From contig CAVWUU010000001.1 of assembly GCA_963758295.1 (NCBI GenBank), positions 151,274-215,273 of the forward strand: 64,000 nt of DNA, in the 5' to 3' direction. The DNA is from Candidatus Eremiobacteria bacterium. GTDB lineage: Bacteria; Vulcanimicrobiota; Vulcanimicrobiia; Vulcanimicrobiales; Vulcanimicrobiaceae. Shown here one piece after another: positions 27,714 to 37,634 of this stretch (its first letter is position 1; each line of letters starts with the position of its first letter). Below the pieces are notes generated by a model. The model ran no database searches, was not told where the DNA came from, and saw only the letters and a list, made by a program, of their open reading frames with translations. Made by a program: the position numbers and the translations under genes.

Positions 27714-28314
27714 GCGCCGTCCCGTACAGCTTCTGAGCCACGATATACTGCCAGACCGGCTCGGGCACCAGGTAGCGCACGCTGCGCTCTTGTGCGAGGA
27801 GCGTTCGAACCATCGTGGCGGACTCGGGAAGCTCCGGCATGTTGAGCGTCGCAATGCGTTCGCGCAAATGTTTGGGAATCGCATCGAGAATGCGCTGCAG
27901 AGCGTCGGAACGGACGCCGGGACGCGGCGCAATCACGAAGCGTTCGAGGTTTTCGAGGACCTGGTCGAAGCGCTGCCACGTCGTGTTCGCGAGCGAATCG
28001 GCGCCGATGATGAACGTGAATTTCGCATCGGGATACTTCGCGTGCAAACCCGGGAGCAAGTCGGCGGTGTAGCCCGTCGCGTCCGGGCGCAGATCGGTGT
28101 CGTCGAGTTTGAAGCGCGGATTGCTCGCGATGGCGCCGAGGACCATGGCGCACCGGTGGTCCGCACTAGCTTGCGCCTGCGCGCGATGCTGCTGGTTGTT
28201 GGTGGGAACGAAGAGCACGCGGTCGAGGTTTTCGAGTAAGCGCGCTTGTTCGGCTACGAAGAGATGCCCGTTGTGGATCGGGTCGAACGTTCCGCCGAAG
28301 ATACCAAGTCTCAT
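27706..28314 (-). CDS. nadD: nicotinate-nucleotide adenylyltransferase
   Basis: N-terminus MRLGIFGGTFDPIHNGH (the nucleotidyltransferase (H/T)xGH motif). 202 aa, downstream of obg as in many bacteria. Confidence 0.93.
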   Translation of the reverse strand: MRLGIFGGTFDPIHNGHLFVAEQARLLENLDRVLFVPTNNQQHRAQAQASADHRCAMVLGAIASNPRFKLDDTDLRPDATGYTADLLPGLHAKYPDAKFTFIIGADSLANTTWQRFDQVLENLERFVIAPRPGVRSDALQRILDAIPKHLRERIATLNMPELPESATMVRTLLAQERSVRYLVPEPVWQYIVAQKLYGTAHA

Positions 28315-29576
28315 GAGTACGTGAATTCGTACTGCCCGATCCTAACGGTATCCCCTTCGGCTGCGCCGAGCTCGCGGAGTTTTTTCTCGACGCCCATCTT
28401 TGCAAGCACGCGTTCGAAACGTGCAAGGGCCTCGTCGGAATCGAAATTCGTCATCGCCGCAAGACGTTCGACACGGTCGCCCGAAATCACAAAAGTGCCG
28501 TCGCGCTGGCGTTCGATCGCGAAGGCGTTATGCGGAACCAGTTCGATGTGCGCGGGCGGCGGCGTAACGATTTCCGGCATGGGTGCCTGTTCGATCGTTT
28601 GCCACAGCGCGTACACGAGGTCGCGCACGCCATCGTTGGTTGCGGAACTTATGCCGCGCGCGTCGGGAAACTCTTGTTGCAACTCGCGCAAGCGCTCTTG
28701 TGCATCCGGCAGATCGAGCTTGCTCACCACGAGCAGCGTCGGCTTTTCGACAAGTTTCGCGTTCCAGGCGGCGAGTTCACGTTCGATCGTCGCTTTGTCG
28801 GCAAGCATTTCGTCCAGCGGTTTGGCGCCGTCGAGTAAATGCACTAGCGCTCGCGTACGCTCGACGTGTTTCAAAAATTGATCGCCGAGGCCCGCGCCTT
28901 CGTGCGCGCCTTCGATAAGGCCCGGAACGTCGACCATGAAGAACGAGTTTTCATCTGAAACGCGCACCACGCCGAGTTGCGGCTCGATCGTCGTGAACGG
29001 ATAGTCCGCGATCTTCGGGCGCGCCGCGGAAACGACGGAGAGCAGCGTCGATTTGCCGGCGTTCGGAACGCCGATAATTCCGGCATCCGCGAGCAATCGG
29101 AGTTCGAGACGCAGCGACGCCTTTTCGCCGGGCTCGCCGTTGTACGCGATACGCGGCGCTTGACGGGTGCTCGTGGCAAAATGCTGGTTGCCCAAGCCCC
29201 CGCGGCCCCCTTTAGCGACTTGCACGCGATCGCCCGCGTGAGCGAGGTCGGCGAGAAACGCTTCGTTCTTGCCTTCGGGCGTGCGATAAACGATCGTGCC
29301 GACGGGCACGAAGATCGTCAGGTCTTCACCACTCCGGCCCGATTTGTTTGAAGTGCCGCCCGCATTCCCGGCCTCGGCGCTGAACGCGCGCTTGTAGCGG
29401 AATTCGACGAGCGTCGAAAGGTCGCTGGTGGCCTCCATAAAGATGGTGCCGCCGTGCCCGCCGTCGCCGCCGGCCGGCCCGCCCTTGGGAACGTATTTCT
29501 CACGACGCCATGCGACAATGCCGTCGCCGCCGTTGCCGGCCGCCACCGTGACCGTTGCTTCATCGATAAATTTCAT
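28311..29576 (-). CDS. obg: GTPase Obg/CgtA
   Basis: MKFIDEATVTVAAGNGGDGIVAWRREKYVPKGGPAGGDGGHGG is a glycine-rich Obg fold. G1 motif GVPNAGKST. A C-terminal OCT-like domain is present. Confidence 0.95.
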   Translation of the reverse strand: MKFIDEATVTVAAGNGGDGIVAWRREKYVPKGGPAGGDGGHGGTIFMEATSDLSTLVEFRYKRAFSAEAGNAGGTSNKSGRSGEDLTIFVPVGTIVYRTPEGKNEAFLADLAHAGDRVQVAKGGRGGLGNQHFATSTRQAPRIAYNGEPGEKASLRLELRLLADAGIIGVPNAGKSTLLSVVSAARPKIADYPFTTIEPQLGVVRVSDENSFFMVDVPGLIEGAHEGAGLGDQFLKHVERTRALVHLLDGAKPLDEMLADKATIERELAAWNAKLVEKPTLLVVSKLDLPDAQERLRELQQEFPDARGISSATNDGVRDLVYALWQTIEQAPMPEIVTPPPAHIELVPHNAFAIERQRDGTFVISGDRVERLAAMTNFDSDEALARFERVLAKMGVEKKLRELGAAEGDTVRIGQYEFTYS

Positions 29577-29583
29577 GGCGTAG

Positions 29584-29611
29584 AAAAGGAAAAAGGCCCC
29601 TTTGGGGCCCT
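29584..29611 (-). terminator. rho-independent terminator/attenuator between rpmA and obg
   Basis: Minus strand reads AGGGCCCC-AAA-GGGGCCTT followed by TTTCCTTTTC. It lies between the rpmA stop (29635) and the obg ATG (29576). Confidence 0.75.
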
Positions 29612-29634
29612 CTCCCGTTATCCTTCGTGACGAA

Positions 29635-29919
29635 CTAAGCGGCGGTCAACGGGCGAATGTTGATTTGCTGCTTGTTGCGGCGGGCGCTGAACTCGACCGT
29701 GCCTTCGACCAACGCAAAGAGCGTGTGGTCTTTGCCCATACCGACGTTCTCACCGGGGTAGAACTTGGTGCCGCGTTGGCGAACCAGAATGTTGCCCGCG
29801 AGCACGCGCTCACCGCCGTAACGCTTGACGCCGAGGCGTTGAGCGTTGGAGTCGCGGCCGTTACGGGTTGAACCGGCGCCCTTCTTGGACGCGAACAGTT
29901 GCAGATCGAACTGGAACAT
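29635..29919 (-). CDS. rpmA: 50S ribosomal protein L27 with an N-terminal propeptide-like extension
   Basis: [36 protein letters not shown]. The mature part matches the L27 consensus. The 10-residue leader ending in FA|S resembles the Prp-cleaved leader of Firmicute L27 (compare S. aureus MLKLNLQFFA|SKKG). Confidence 0.93.
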   Translation of the reverse strand: MFQFDLQLFASKKGAGSTRNGRDSNAQRLGVKRYGGERVLAGNILVRQRGTKFYPGENVGMGKDHTLFALVEGTVEFSARRNKQQINIRPLTAA

Positions 29920-29968
29920 AGCCGCGTGAGTATAGCAAAGGCCTCCGGCCCACGCAAGGCCTTCGCCG

Positions 29969-30409
29969 TCAGCTGTGGACGGGGTGCGGAATGGCTCCCG
30001 GACCCGCTCCCTGCGGCACTCGGCGGCTGGGCGAAAGGTTCGGCGGAAGCCCTGGATGCCGATGCGTGGGCACGACATCGGAGACGTTGCCCGAGCCGTG
30101 CCGCCGACGATGCCCGCCGCTGGACCCGCATGGATTACCGCGGCGGGACCGCTGATTCGAGCCGAAATTGAAGCCGTACGGGGTTGGATTTTGATTGAGG
30201 TTGACGCCCCCCGAGCGGCGGCCGCCGGCGTTCGTACACGGATAGCCGACGTAATCGATGGTCACGGCAGGCGGGTCGACGCTTCGCGCGGGACGGGGCG
30301 AGGGACCCGAAGTCAAAGTCCAAAAGGTCTGCTCGGCTTGGGCGGGCGCCACGAGAGCCGCCAGCAGCAGAACGGTTAGTACCCCGAGGACCGGGCGAAG
30401 ATGCCTCAT
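29969..30409 (-). CDS. possible secreted low-complexity protein (weak call)
   Basis: An internal ATG at 30409 gives [25 protein letters not shown], a plausible signal peptide. The remainder is Gly/Asn/Arg/Pro-rich with no motif. A competing plus-strand ORF is equally unconvincing. Confidence 0.25.
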   Translation of the reverse strand: MRHLRPVLGVLTVLLLAALVAPAQAEQTFWTLTSGPSPRPARSVDPPAVTIDYVGYPCTNAGGRRSGGVNLNQNPTPYGFNFGSNQRSRRGNPCGSSGGHRRRHGSGNVSDVVPTHRHPGLPPNLSPSRRVPQGAGPGAIPHPVHS

Positions 30410-30467
30410 GCCTTCAAGTTTACCACCGAAAGGGGCAAAACTTCGCCCGCCGTAACAGGGTGGAGTT

Positions 30468-31712
30468 TTGGATAAGAGACGTGTAGCAATCACCGGCCTT
30501 GGTGCCGTTACGCCCCTTGGGAACTCGGTAGGCGAATTCTGGCGGCGCCTGGCGGCCGGCGAGTCGGGCATTGGACCCATCACGGCATTCGACGCAAGCG
30601 ATTTCACGACGCGGTTCGCAGGCGAGGTCAAAGACTTCGATCCCGACGCGCTGGTTGGTAAGAAGGAAGCGCGCCGCATGGACCGCTTCTCCCAGTTCGC
30701 GCTTGTCGCGGCGCGGGAAGCGATCGAAGATGCGAACTTCCCAACCGATCAAGCCTTCAAAGACCGGGTCGGCGGCGTGATCGGCACGGGAATCGGCGGC
30801 ATCCTGACCTTTTGGAACGAGTCGAACAAAGCCGCGCAAAACGGCACCTGGGCGAAAACATCGCCGTTCTTCATTCCAATGCTGATGGCCAATGCCGCAC
30901 CGGCGCACGTTTCGATGGCTTACGGCTTCCGCGGCCCCTTCTTTGCGACGGCTAGTGCATGCGCAAGCGCCAACGATGCAATCGTCACCGCGTATAACAC
31001 GGTCGCGTACGGTGATGCGATTGCCATGATCACGGGCGGAACCGAAGCCTGCATCTCGCCGCTCGCGGTCGGCGGATTCTGCTCCATGAAAGCGATGTCG
31101 ACGCGTAACGACGATCCGGCGAAGGCGAGCCGCCCGTTCGATAAAGAACGCGACGGATTCGTGTTGGGCGAAGGTTGCGGCATCCTGGTGTTCGAGGAAT
31201 ACGAGCATGCCAAAGCGCGCGGCGCAAAAATCTATGCCGAAGTATTGGGTTACGGCCAGTCGGCGGACGCGTATAACATCGTCGCACCCGATCCGGAAAG
31301 CAGCGGCGTCATCCTTGCGCTGCAGCGGGCGCTCGAGTCGACGAAAATTGCGCCCGGCGACGTGCAGTATATCAACGCCCACGGAACGTCGACGCCGCTC
31401 GGCGATACGGCGGAATCCCAGGCGATTCAAACCGTGTTCGGCAACGACACGAAAGTCGCGGTGAGTTCCACGAAATCGATGCACGGCCATACCCTCGGTG
31501 CCGCCGGCGGATTGGAAGGCGTTGCTACCGTTCTATCGGTTGCCAACGACCTGCTGCCACCGACGATCAACTACGAAGTGCCGGATCCCGATTGCACCCT
31601 CGATTACGTTCCGAACGTTGCCCGCAAAGCAACGGTCGACGTGGCGTTTTCGAACTCGTTCGGGTTCGGCGGCCACAACAGTGTTATCGTGTTCGGAAAA
31701 GCGCGAAGCTAA
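30468..31712 (+). CDS. fabF: beta-ketoacyl-ACP synthase II
   Basis: 414 aa with the KAS II hallmarks: active-site Cys context ATASACASA, INAHGTSTPLGD and SFGFGGHN. Confidence 0.95.
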   Translation: MDKRRVAITGLGAVTPLGNSVGEFWRRLAAGESGIGPITAFDASDFTTRFAGEVKDFDPDALVGKKEARRMDRFSQFALVAAREAIEDANFPTDQAFKDRVGGVIGTGIGGILTFWNESNKAAQNGTWAKTSPFFIPMLMANAAPAHVSMAYGFRGPFFATASACASANDAIVTAYNTVAYGDAIAMITGGTEACISPLAVGGFCSMKAMSTRNDDPAKASRPFDKERDGFVLGEGCGILVFEEYEHAKARGAKIYAEVLGYGQSADAYNIVAPDPESSGVILALQRALESTKIAPGDVQYINAHGTSTPLGDTAESQAIQTVFGNDTKVAVSSTKSMHGHTLGAAGGLEGVATVLSVANDLLPPTINYEVPDPDCTLDYVPNVARKATVDVAFSNSFGFGGHNSVIVFGKARS

Positions 31713-31716
31713 AGCC

Positions 31717-32430
31717 ATGAGCGGGGAAGCGCACCGGCGGCGCCTTCGCGCGCTGCTTAATGGTGCGAGCGTTCGCGTTGCGGGCGATCTCGAGATCCTC
31801 GAGCAGGCCTTCGTGCACGAAAGCTTTGCGAAGGAACAGGGTGGCCAGTCCAACGAGCGCATGGAGTTTCTCGGCGACTCGGTGCTGGGCGCCATCACTG
31901 CGCACTGGCTGTTCCAGCATTTTGCGGACGAGCCCGAAGGCCGGTTAACGGTACGCAAAGCGGCGATCGTCAACGACGCACAGCTCGCGCAAAGCGCCCG
32001 CCGGCTCGGGTTTTCGGAGTTGGTCAAGCTCGGCGCCGGAATGCGCAATGCGGGCGGCTCCGACAACACGTCGATTCTCGCCGACGCGTTCGAAGCGTTC
32101 GTCGCAGCTCTCTTTCTGCGTTACGGCATGGAAAAAGCGCGCGCATTCGTCGTAACGCAGCACATCGAGCGCCTCGACCACGCACCGGACGCATTGCTCG
32201 ACGCGAAGACGCGCCTGCAGCATTACACGCAGGAACACCTTTTCGTCACGCCCACGTACCGGGAGAACAGCGAGGGCACGCCACAGGCGCCGCGTTTCCG
32301 TTCTACGGTATTAGTTAACGAAAAGACGTTGGGAACCGGGACGGGTTCCTCGAAGAAGGCAGCACAACAGGCCGCCGCCGAGGCGGCCTTAGCATCGCTC
32401 GAAGGTGAGCGCAGCGAAGGGACCACGTGA
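31717..32430 (+). CDS. rnc: ribonuclease III
   Basis: RNase III signature [13 protein letters not shown] and a C-terminal dsRBD ([16 protein letters not shown]). The ATG at 31717 is 5 nt after the fabF stop. Confidence 0.93.
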   Translation: MSGEAHRRRLRALLNGASVRVAGDLEILEQAFVHESFAKEQGGQSNERMEFLGDSVLGAITAHWLFQHFADEPEGRLTVRKAAIVNDAQLAQSARRLGFSELVKLGAGMRNAGGSDNTSILADAFEAFVAALFLRYGMEKARAFVVTQHIERLDHAPDALLDAKTRLQHYTQEHLFVTPTYRENSEGTPQAPRFRSTVLVNEKTLGTGTGSSKKAAQQAAAEAALASLEGERSEGTT

Positions 32431-35400
32431 AACTCAAGAAGATCAAAGCTTTCGGCTTTAAGACTTTTGCCGAACCGACTACGCTCGATTTTTCGGGTGG
32501 TATCACCGCGATCGTCGGGCCGAACGGTTCGGGCAAATCGAATATGGTCGATGCCTTTCGCTGGGTGCTGGGCGAGACGTCCAGCAAAAGCTTGCGCTCG
32601 GGCAAATTAGAAGACGTTATTTTCGCCGGCAACGATAAACGTAAGCCGCTCGGTCTCGCGGAAGTCTCCATGACTTTCGACAATGCCGATCGCAAACTCG
32701 CGACGGACTACAGCGAAGTCGAGATCACGCGCCGCACGTACCGCGCCGGCGAAAGTGAGTACTTCATCAACCGCAACCAGGTTCGTTTGCGCGACATCGT
32801 CGAGCTGCTTGATGGGCACCGGGCTTGGGCCGGGCTCGTACTCGATCGTCTCCCAGGGACAGATCGACTCGATCCTTACGAGCAAACCCACCGAACGCCG
32901 CGCCCTCTTCGAAGAAACGGCCGGCATCAACAAGTTCCTGGCGCGCAAGAACGAGTCGATGCGCCGCCTGGAGCAAACCGAGCAAAACGCGATCCGCATC
33001 AACGATTTGATCGCGGAGCTCGAGCGCCGCATTCCCGAGCTGGAAACGCAAGTGCGCCGGGCCAAGCGGTATCGCAAGGTGAGCGCCCGCGTTCGCGATC
33101 TCGAGATTCTGTCGTACATGCGCGCGAGCGAGTCGCGCCGTATGGAGCGCGAAACGCTGCGCGCGGAACTCGAGAAGAACGAAGAGCTGCGCACGGGCGC
33201 GTCCGCGAAAGCGGCACAGCTCGGTGCCAACCTTGCGGAACTGCGCACGCGCGCCTACCAGCAAGAACTGCAGTTGGAAGAGCTGCGCTCGGAAACGCAA
33301 GGGAAGCGGGCCGAATTAGCGCGCCTCGAAGCGGACTACGCCGCTGCGCTCGCGCGCCGCGAAACGCTCGAACGGCAGTCGACGCAGACCTCCGAAGACG
33401 CGGCGCGGGTCGAAGCCGAACGCGAAGAGCTCGCCGCAACGATCGCGTCGCTCGAAGAGCAGCTGGCGCCCCTCGCCGGCGAACTCGAAGGCGCGCGCGA
33501 GAAAGAACTTGCGGCGCAGACGGCGCTTGCGCAAGCGCGCAAACAGCTCGACGAGATCTTCACGCAATTGCGCGAAGTTGAATCGTCGGCCGCGGAACTT
33601 GCCGCCCGGAAAGCCGAGCGCCGCGTTCAGGGCGAAAACCTGCGCGCCGAAGCCGAACGTCTCGACCAAGAAGCGCACGCCGCGCGCGAGCGCGTCGCCC
33701 AAGCGGAAATCGCTACCGGAACCGCAACGCAGAATTATGCCCAGCGCGAATCGCAGTTGGCGTCGCTAGAAGAACAGCAGATGGAAGCGCGTACGCGTGC
33801 CGAGCAGGCCGAACGCGCCGTTACGCAAGCGCAGGAAGATTTGGCCCGCGCCGTTCGTCAGCATCGCGAACATACCGGCGAAGTAAAAGCCGCCGAATCG
33901 CGCCTGCATACGATCGAAGAACTCGAAGCATCTCTCGAAGGGCACGTACCCGGCACGAGGGCGGTCGTGGAAGCGGTGCAGCGCGGCGAACTGCGTGGCA
34001 TCGAAGGCATCGTTTCTAACCTCATCACCACCGACGAACGGTATGCCCGCGCCATGGACGTTGCCTTCGGCGCGCGCCTTTCGAACATCGTCACTTCGCG
34101 CTCGGAAGACGCCGAACGCGCGATCGAATTTTTGAACCGCAGCGAACAGGGTCGCGCGACGTTCTTACCGCTCGACACGCTCGCGAACCGCGAAGCGCGT
34201 CAAATGACGGCCGAATTGCATCGCACGCACGGCGTGATTGGTTACGCGCACTCGCTCATCCGCACCGAGCCGAAGTACGAGGGCGTCGTTCGGTTCCTCG
34301 TCGGCAACGTGCTCGTAGTCGATACGTTGCAGACCGGCATTCATCTCGTGCGCGAGCGGGGGTTCCGCGATACGATTGTTACGCTTACGGGCGAGCAGAT
34401 CGCCGGCGGCGGAGCAATCACGGGCGGACGCTTCCGTCGCGAGAAATCGATCCTTTCGCGTCGCGTGCAAGCTGAAACGCTGCGCGAAGCGCTGGCTGAA
34501 ATGCGCGCGAACCTCGATCGCTTCGAGCGCGAGGCGCAGCAGGCAACGCAACGCTCGGAGCAGGCGACGTCCGAGCGCAGCGCCGCACGCGATGCGCTAG
34601 CGAAACTCGAGCTTCAAATGGCCGAAGTTCGCACGGAAATGGCCGCGGTTTCGGCTGAGCTCGAACGCATGCAAGGCGTAATGCTAACCGCCCACGCGCA
34701 AGTCGAAGAGCTCGCGGCGCGCGCGGTCGAGGCTCGCGAGCGCGAACACACGCTCGAAGGCGACGAACCCGACCAGGTTCACAGTCAAGAAGAACGCCGG
34801 CGTCTCGAAGCGGAGCTCGCAAAGGCGCGCGAAGAAATCGCGCACGCTGAGGCATCACAGGCAGAAGTCGCGCGCCGCGCGGCGGATCTGCGCGAACGGA
34901 CGGCTGCGCTTACGGCGCAACGCGACGCTGCTACCGGCCGTCTCGGCATGCTGGATCAAAACAGCGAACGCGCGCAACACGCGCGCGAGCAGATGCTTGC
35001 GGAGATCGGGCGGCTCGTGGAGCAGACACGAACGGCTCACGCGCATATCGAAGGCTTGCGCGCGGGCGTGAGCGATCTCGATGCGAAACTCGACGTCGCC
35101 CGCCGCCAACGCGAAGCGATGGCCAACGATCAGCTCGAGATCGAATCGTCGCTTCGCAGCGCCGAGAACGACGAACGCGAAGCGGCGGCAGGCGGCGAAC
35201 GCCACCGTACGCGTCTTGCGGAAATCGAAGCCGAGCTTGGCATGCTGGTTTCGCAGTTCGCGCAGAATCCCGCTACCGACGAAGAACTGCGCGACGTCGA
35301 AGAACGGTACAAAGAAGAGTCGGACCAGGTAGCCGACGAGTTGCCGCGTCTGCGTGAAGAACTCGCGCGTCTCTCGGCTAACGTCAACCTCAATGCCGAA

Positions 35401-35994
35401 TCGGAGCGTGAAGAACTCGGCGAACGCGAGACGTTCTTGCGCACGCAGCTCGAGGACCTCGCGAAAGCGCGCGAAACACTGCTGGAGTCGATCCGCGAAA
35501 TCGAAGCGCAGAGCCAAGCGCAGTTCAATGAAGTCTTCAATCAAGTCTCGGAAGCGTTTTCCGAGATGTACACCAAGCTGTTCCCGGGCGGACAGGCCAA
35601 GATGTGGCAGACGAATCCGGAGAATCTGTCGGAGACGGGCATCGAGCTTTCGGTGCAGCCGCCGGGCAAACGGCTTATGCCGCTTACGGCGCTTTCGGGC
35701 GGCGAACGCGCGATGACGGCGGCGGCGCTGATCTTTGCGCTCATCAAGGTGAAGCCGTCGCCGTTCTACCTGCTCGACGAAGTAGATGCGGCGCTCGACG
35801 ACATGAACGTCGAACGTTTCTCGAACCTGGTGCGCGAGATGGCGGCCGAATACCAGATGATCATCGTCACGCACAACAAGAAGACGATGGAGCTGGCCGA
35901 CCGCATGTACGGCGTAACCATGCGCGAACCCGGTGTGAGCTCGGTAATAGCGGCCGCGCTTACCGAACGCGAACCGGAGCTCGCCCTTGCCTGA
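32427..35994 (+). pseudogene. smc: chromosome segregation ATPase SMC, interrupted by an apparent 1-nt insertion (frameshift near 32814-32816)
   Basis: Frame 1 (from 32427) encodes the SMC head N-terminus (GPNGSGKSN...[29 protein letters not shown]) and then turns to nonsense. The next frame continues [21 protein letters not shown] through the coiled coils, hinge and C-terminal head (LSGGERAMTAAALIFA, LDEVDAALD) to 35994. Removing one G from GGG at 32814-32816 restores ...[14 protein letters not shown].... Confidence 0.85.
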
Positions 35995-37561
35995 CACGAC
36001 GAAGCCGGCCGCGCTCTTCTCGCTTTCCGATAAGACGGGCGCAGTCCAGCTCGCGCGCGCGTTGCACGATAGCGGCACGGTGATTTACGCCACCGGCGGA
36101 ACGAAACGGCATCTCGAAGAGAACGGCATAGCCGCCTTTGACGTGGGCGACATGACGGGATTCCCGCCGCTCTTCGACGGACGCGTGAAGACGCTGCATC
36201 CGAAGGTCTTCGGGGCGATTCTCTACGATCGCAGCAACCCCGACCACAGCGCGCAGGCCGAGAAATACGCCATCGCGCCAATCACCACGGTGGTTGTGAA
36301 CCTCTATCCCTTTGAGGCAACCGTGGCGCACGAGGGCACGACGCTTACCGAAGCCATCGAGCAAATCGACATCGGCGGCGTTTCGCTGCTGCGCGCGTCG
36401 GCAAAGAATTTTGCGCACGTTTCCGTGCTGACGCATCCTTCGCAGTATGCGGAATTTCTCGCGGCCTTCACTGCGGGCGAAATCCCGACCGCGTTGCGCC
36501 GAAAGTATGCCGTTGCCGCGTTCGAGCGTACTGCCGAGTACGATGCCGCGATTTCTCACTATCTCACGACGGAAGGCCGCGTGCTTCCGAGCGATCTGCC
36601 CGGCGCGCTGACGTTGACGCTTCCGCTCAAGCAGCGTTTGCGCTATGGAACGAACCCGCAGAATCGCGCGGCGTTCTACTTGGACCGCGCGGACCGTCTG
36701 CCGGAGCAATTGCACGGAAAGGCGCTTTCGTACAACAACTTGCTCGATCTCGACGGAACGCTGCGCATGCTTTCGCGCGCGCCGCTCGGTGCCGACTTCG
36801 GCAGCGAACACGAGCGCTTCATTCGCGCGGCTGTCGTGAAACACACGGTTCCGTGCGGAGTCGCTCAACGCTCGACGGTCGGAAAAGCGGTCGCCGACGC
36901 GCTCCAAGCCGACCCGGTCTCGGCGTTCGGCGGTATCGTGGCCACCGACGGCCGTATCGATCTCGAAAGTGCGGAGTCGCTGGCCAAATTTTTCCTGGAA
37001 ATCGTCGCCGCACCCGACTTCGACGAAGACGCGCTCGCGCTTCTGCGCAAAAAGAAAAACCTGCGCGTGATGCGATTCGTGCAATCGCTGCCCGACGAGC
37101 TCGCGAAAGAATTGCGTGTGCGCAGTGCGCTCGGCGGCGTGCTCGCCGAAGATGACGGCCCGGATTCGCCTGCCGAAGAATGGCGCGTTGTCTCGAAGCG
37201 CCGGCCGACCTCGCAAGAATGGCACGATCTGGCGTTTGCATGGGACGTCGTACGGCACGTGAAGTCGAACGGTATCGTCATCGCCAAAGGGGGAACGACT
37301 CGCGGCATCTGCGCCGGCCAAACCAATCGCGTAAGCGCGGTGCAAATTGCGGCGCATCGAGCGGGGGAGGAAGCGCGCGGCGCCGCATGCGCAAGCGACG
37401 GATTCTTCCCGTTTGCGGACGGCCTTGAAGCGGCTGCTGCCGGCGGCTGCAGCGCCGTCATCGCGCCCGGCGGTTCGGTTCGCGATGAGGAAGTTATTGC
37501 TGCAGCCGATCGACTCGGCGTCTCGCTCGTATTCTCGAATTACCGCTACTTTTTGCACTAG
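35987..37561 (+). CDS. purH: bifunctional AICAR formyltransferase / IMP cyclohydrolase
   Basis: 524 aa. The N-terminal MGS-like domain has GRVKTLHP. The C-terminal AICARFT domain ends in [10 protein letters not shown]. Confidence 0.95.
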   Translation: MPDTTKPAALFSLSDKTGAVQLARALHDSGTVIYATGGTKRHLEENGIAAFDVGDMTGFPPLFDGRVKTLHPKVFGAILYDRSNPDHSAQAEKYAIAPITTVVVNLYPFEATVAHEGTTLTEAIEQIDIGGVSLLRASAKNFAHVSVLTHPSQYAEFLAAFTAGEIPTALRRKYAVAAFERTAEYDAAISHYLTTEGRVLPSDLPGALTLTLPLKQRLRYGTNPQNRAAFYLDRADRLPEQLHGKALSYNNLLDLDGTLRMLSRAPLGADFGSEHERFIRAAVVKHTVPCGVAQRSTVGKAVADALQADPVSAFGGIVATDGRIDLESAESLAKFFLEIVAAPDFDEDALALLRKKKNLRVMRFVQSLPDELAKELRVRSALGGVLAEDDGPDSPAEEWRVVSKRRPTSQEWHDLAFAWDVVRHVKSNGIVIAKGGTTRGICAGQTNRVSAVQIAAHRAGEEARGAACASDGFFPFADGLEAAAAGGCSAVIAPGGSVRDEEVIAAADRLGVSLVFSNYRYFLH

Positions 37562-37634
37562 GAAAACGCAACGAGAGCCGCCGCTCTCAGAATTTCGTCA
37601 GCGAATTATCAGTTCGTCCGTATCATAATGGTGA

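Noticed and set aside
34855-36078. 407-aa minus-strand ORF antisense to smc/purH. Similar long antisense or off-frame ORFs occur at 35960-37558, 30420-31490, 41042-42187, 47922-49013, 12209-12979, 18686-19660, 21721-22773, 15176-15931 and elsewhere.
   Set aside because: They lie opposite or out of frame to genes with unmistakable conserved motifs. Their translations are Arg/Ala/Gly-rich low-complexity sequence typical of shadow ORFs in high-GC DNA, and they lack RBS or motifs.
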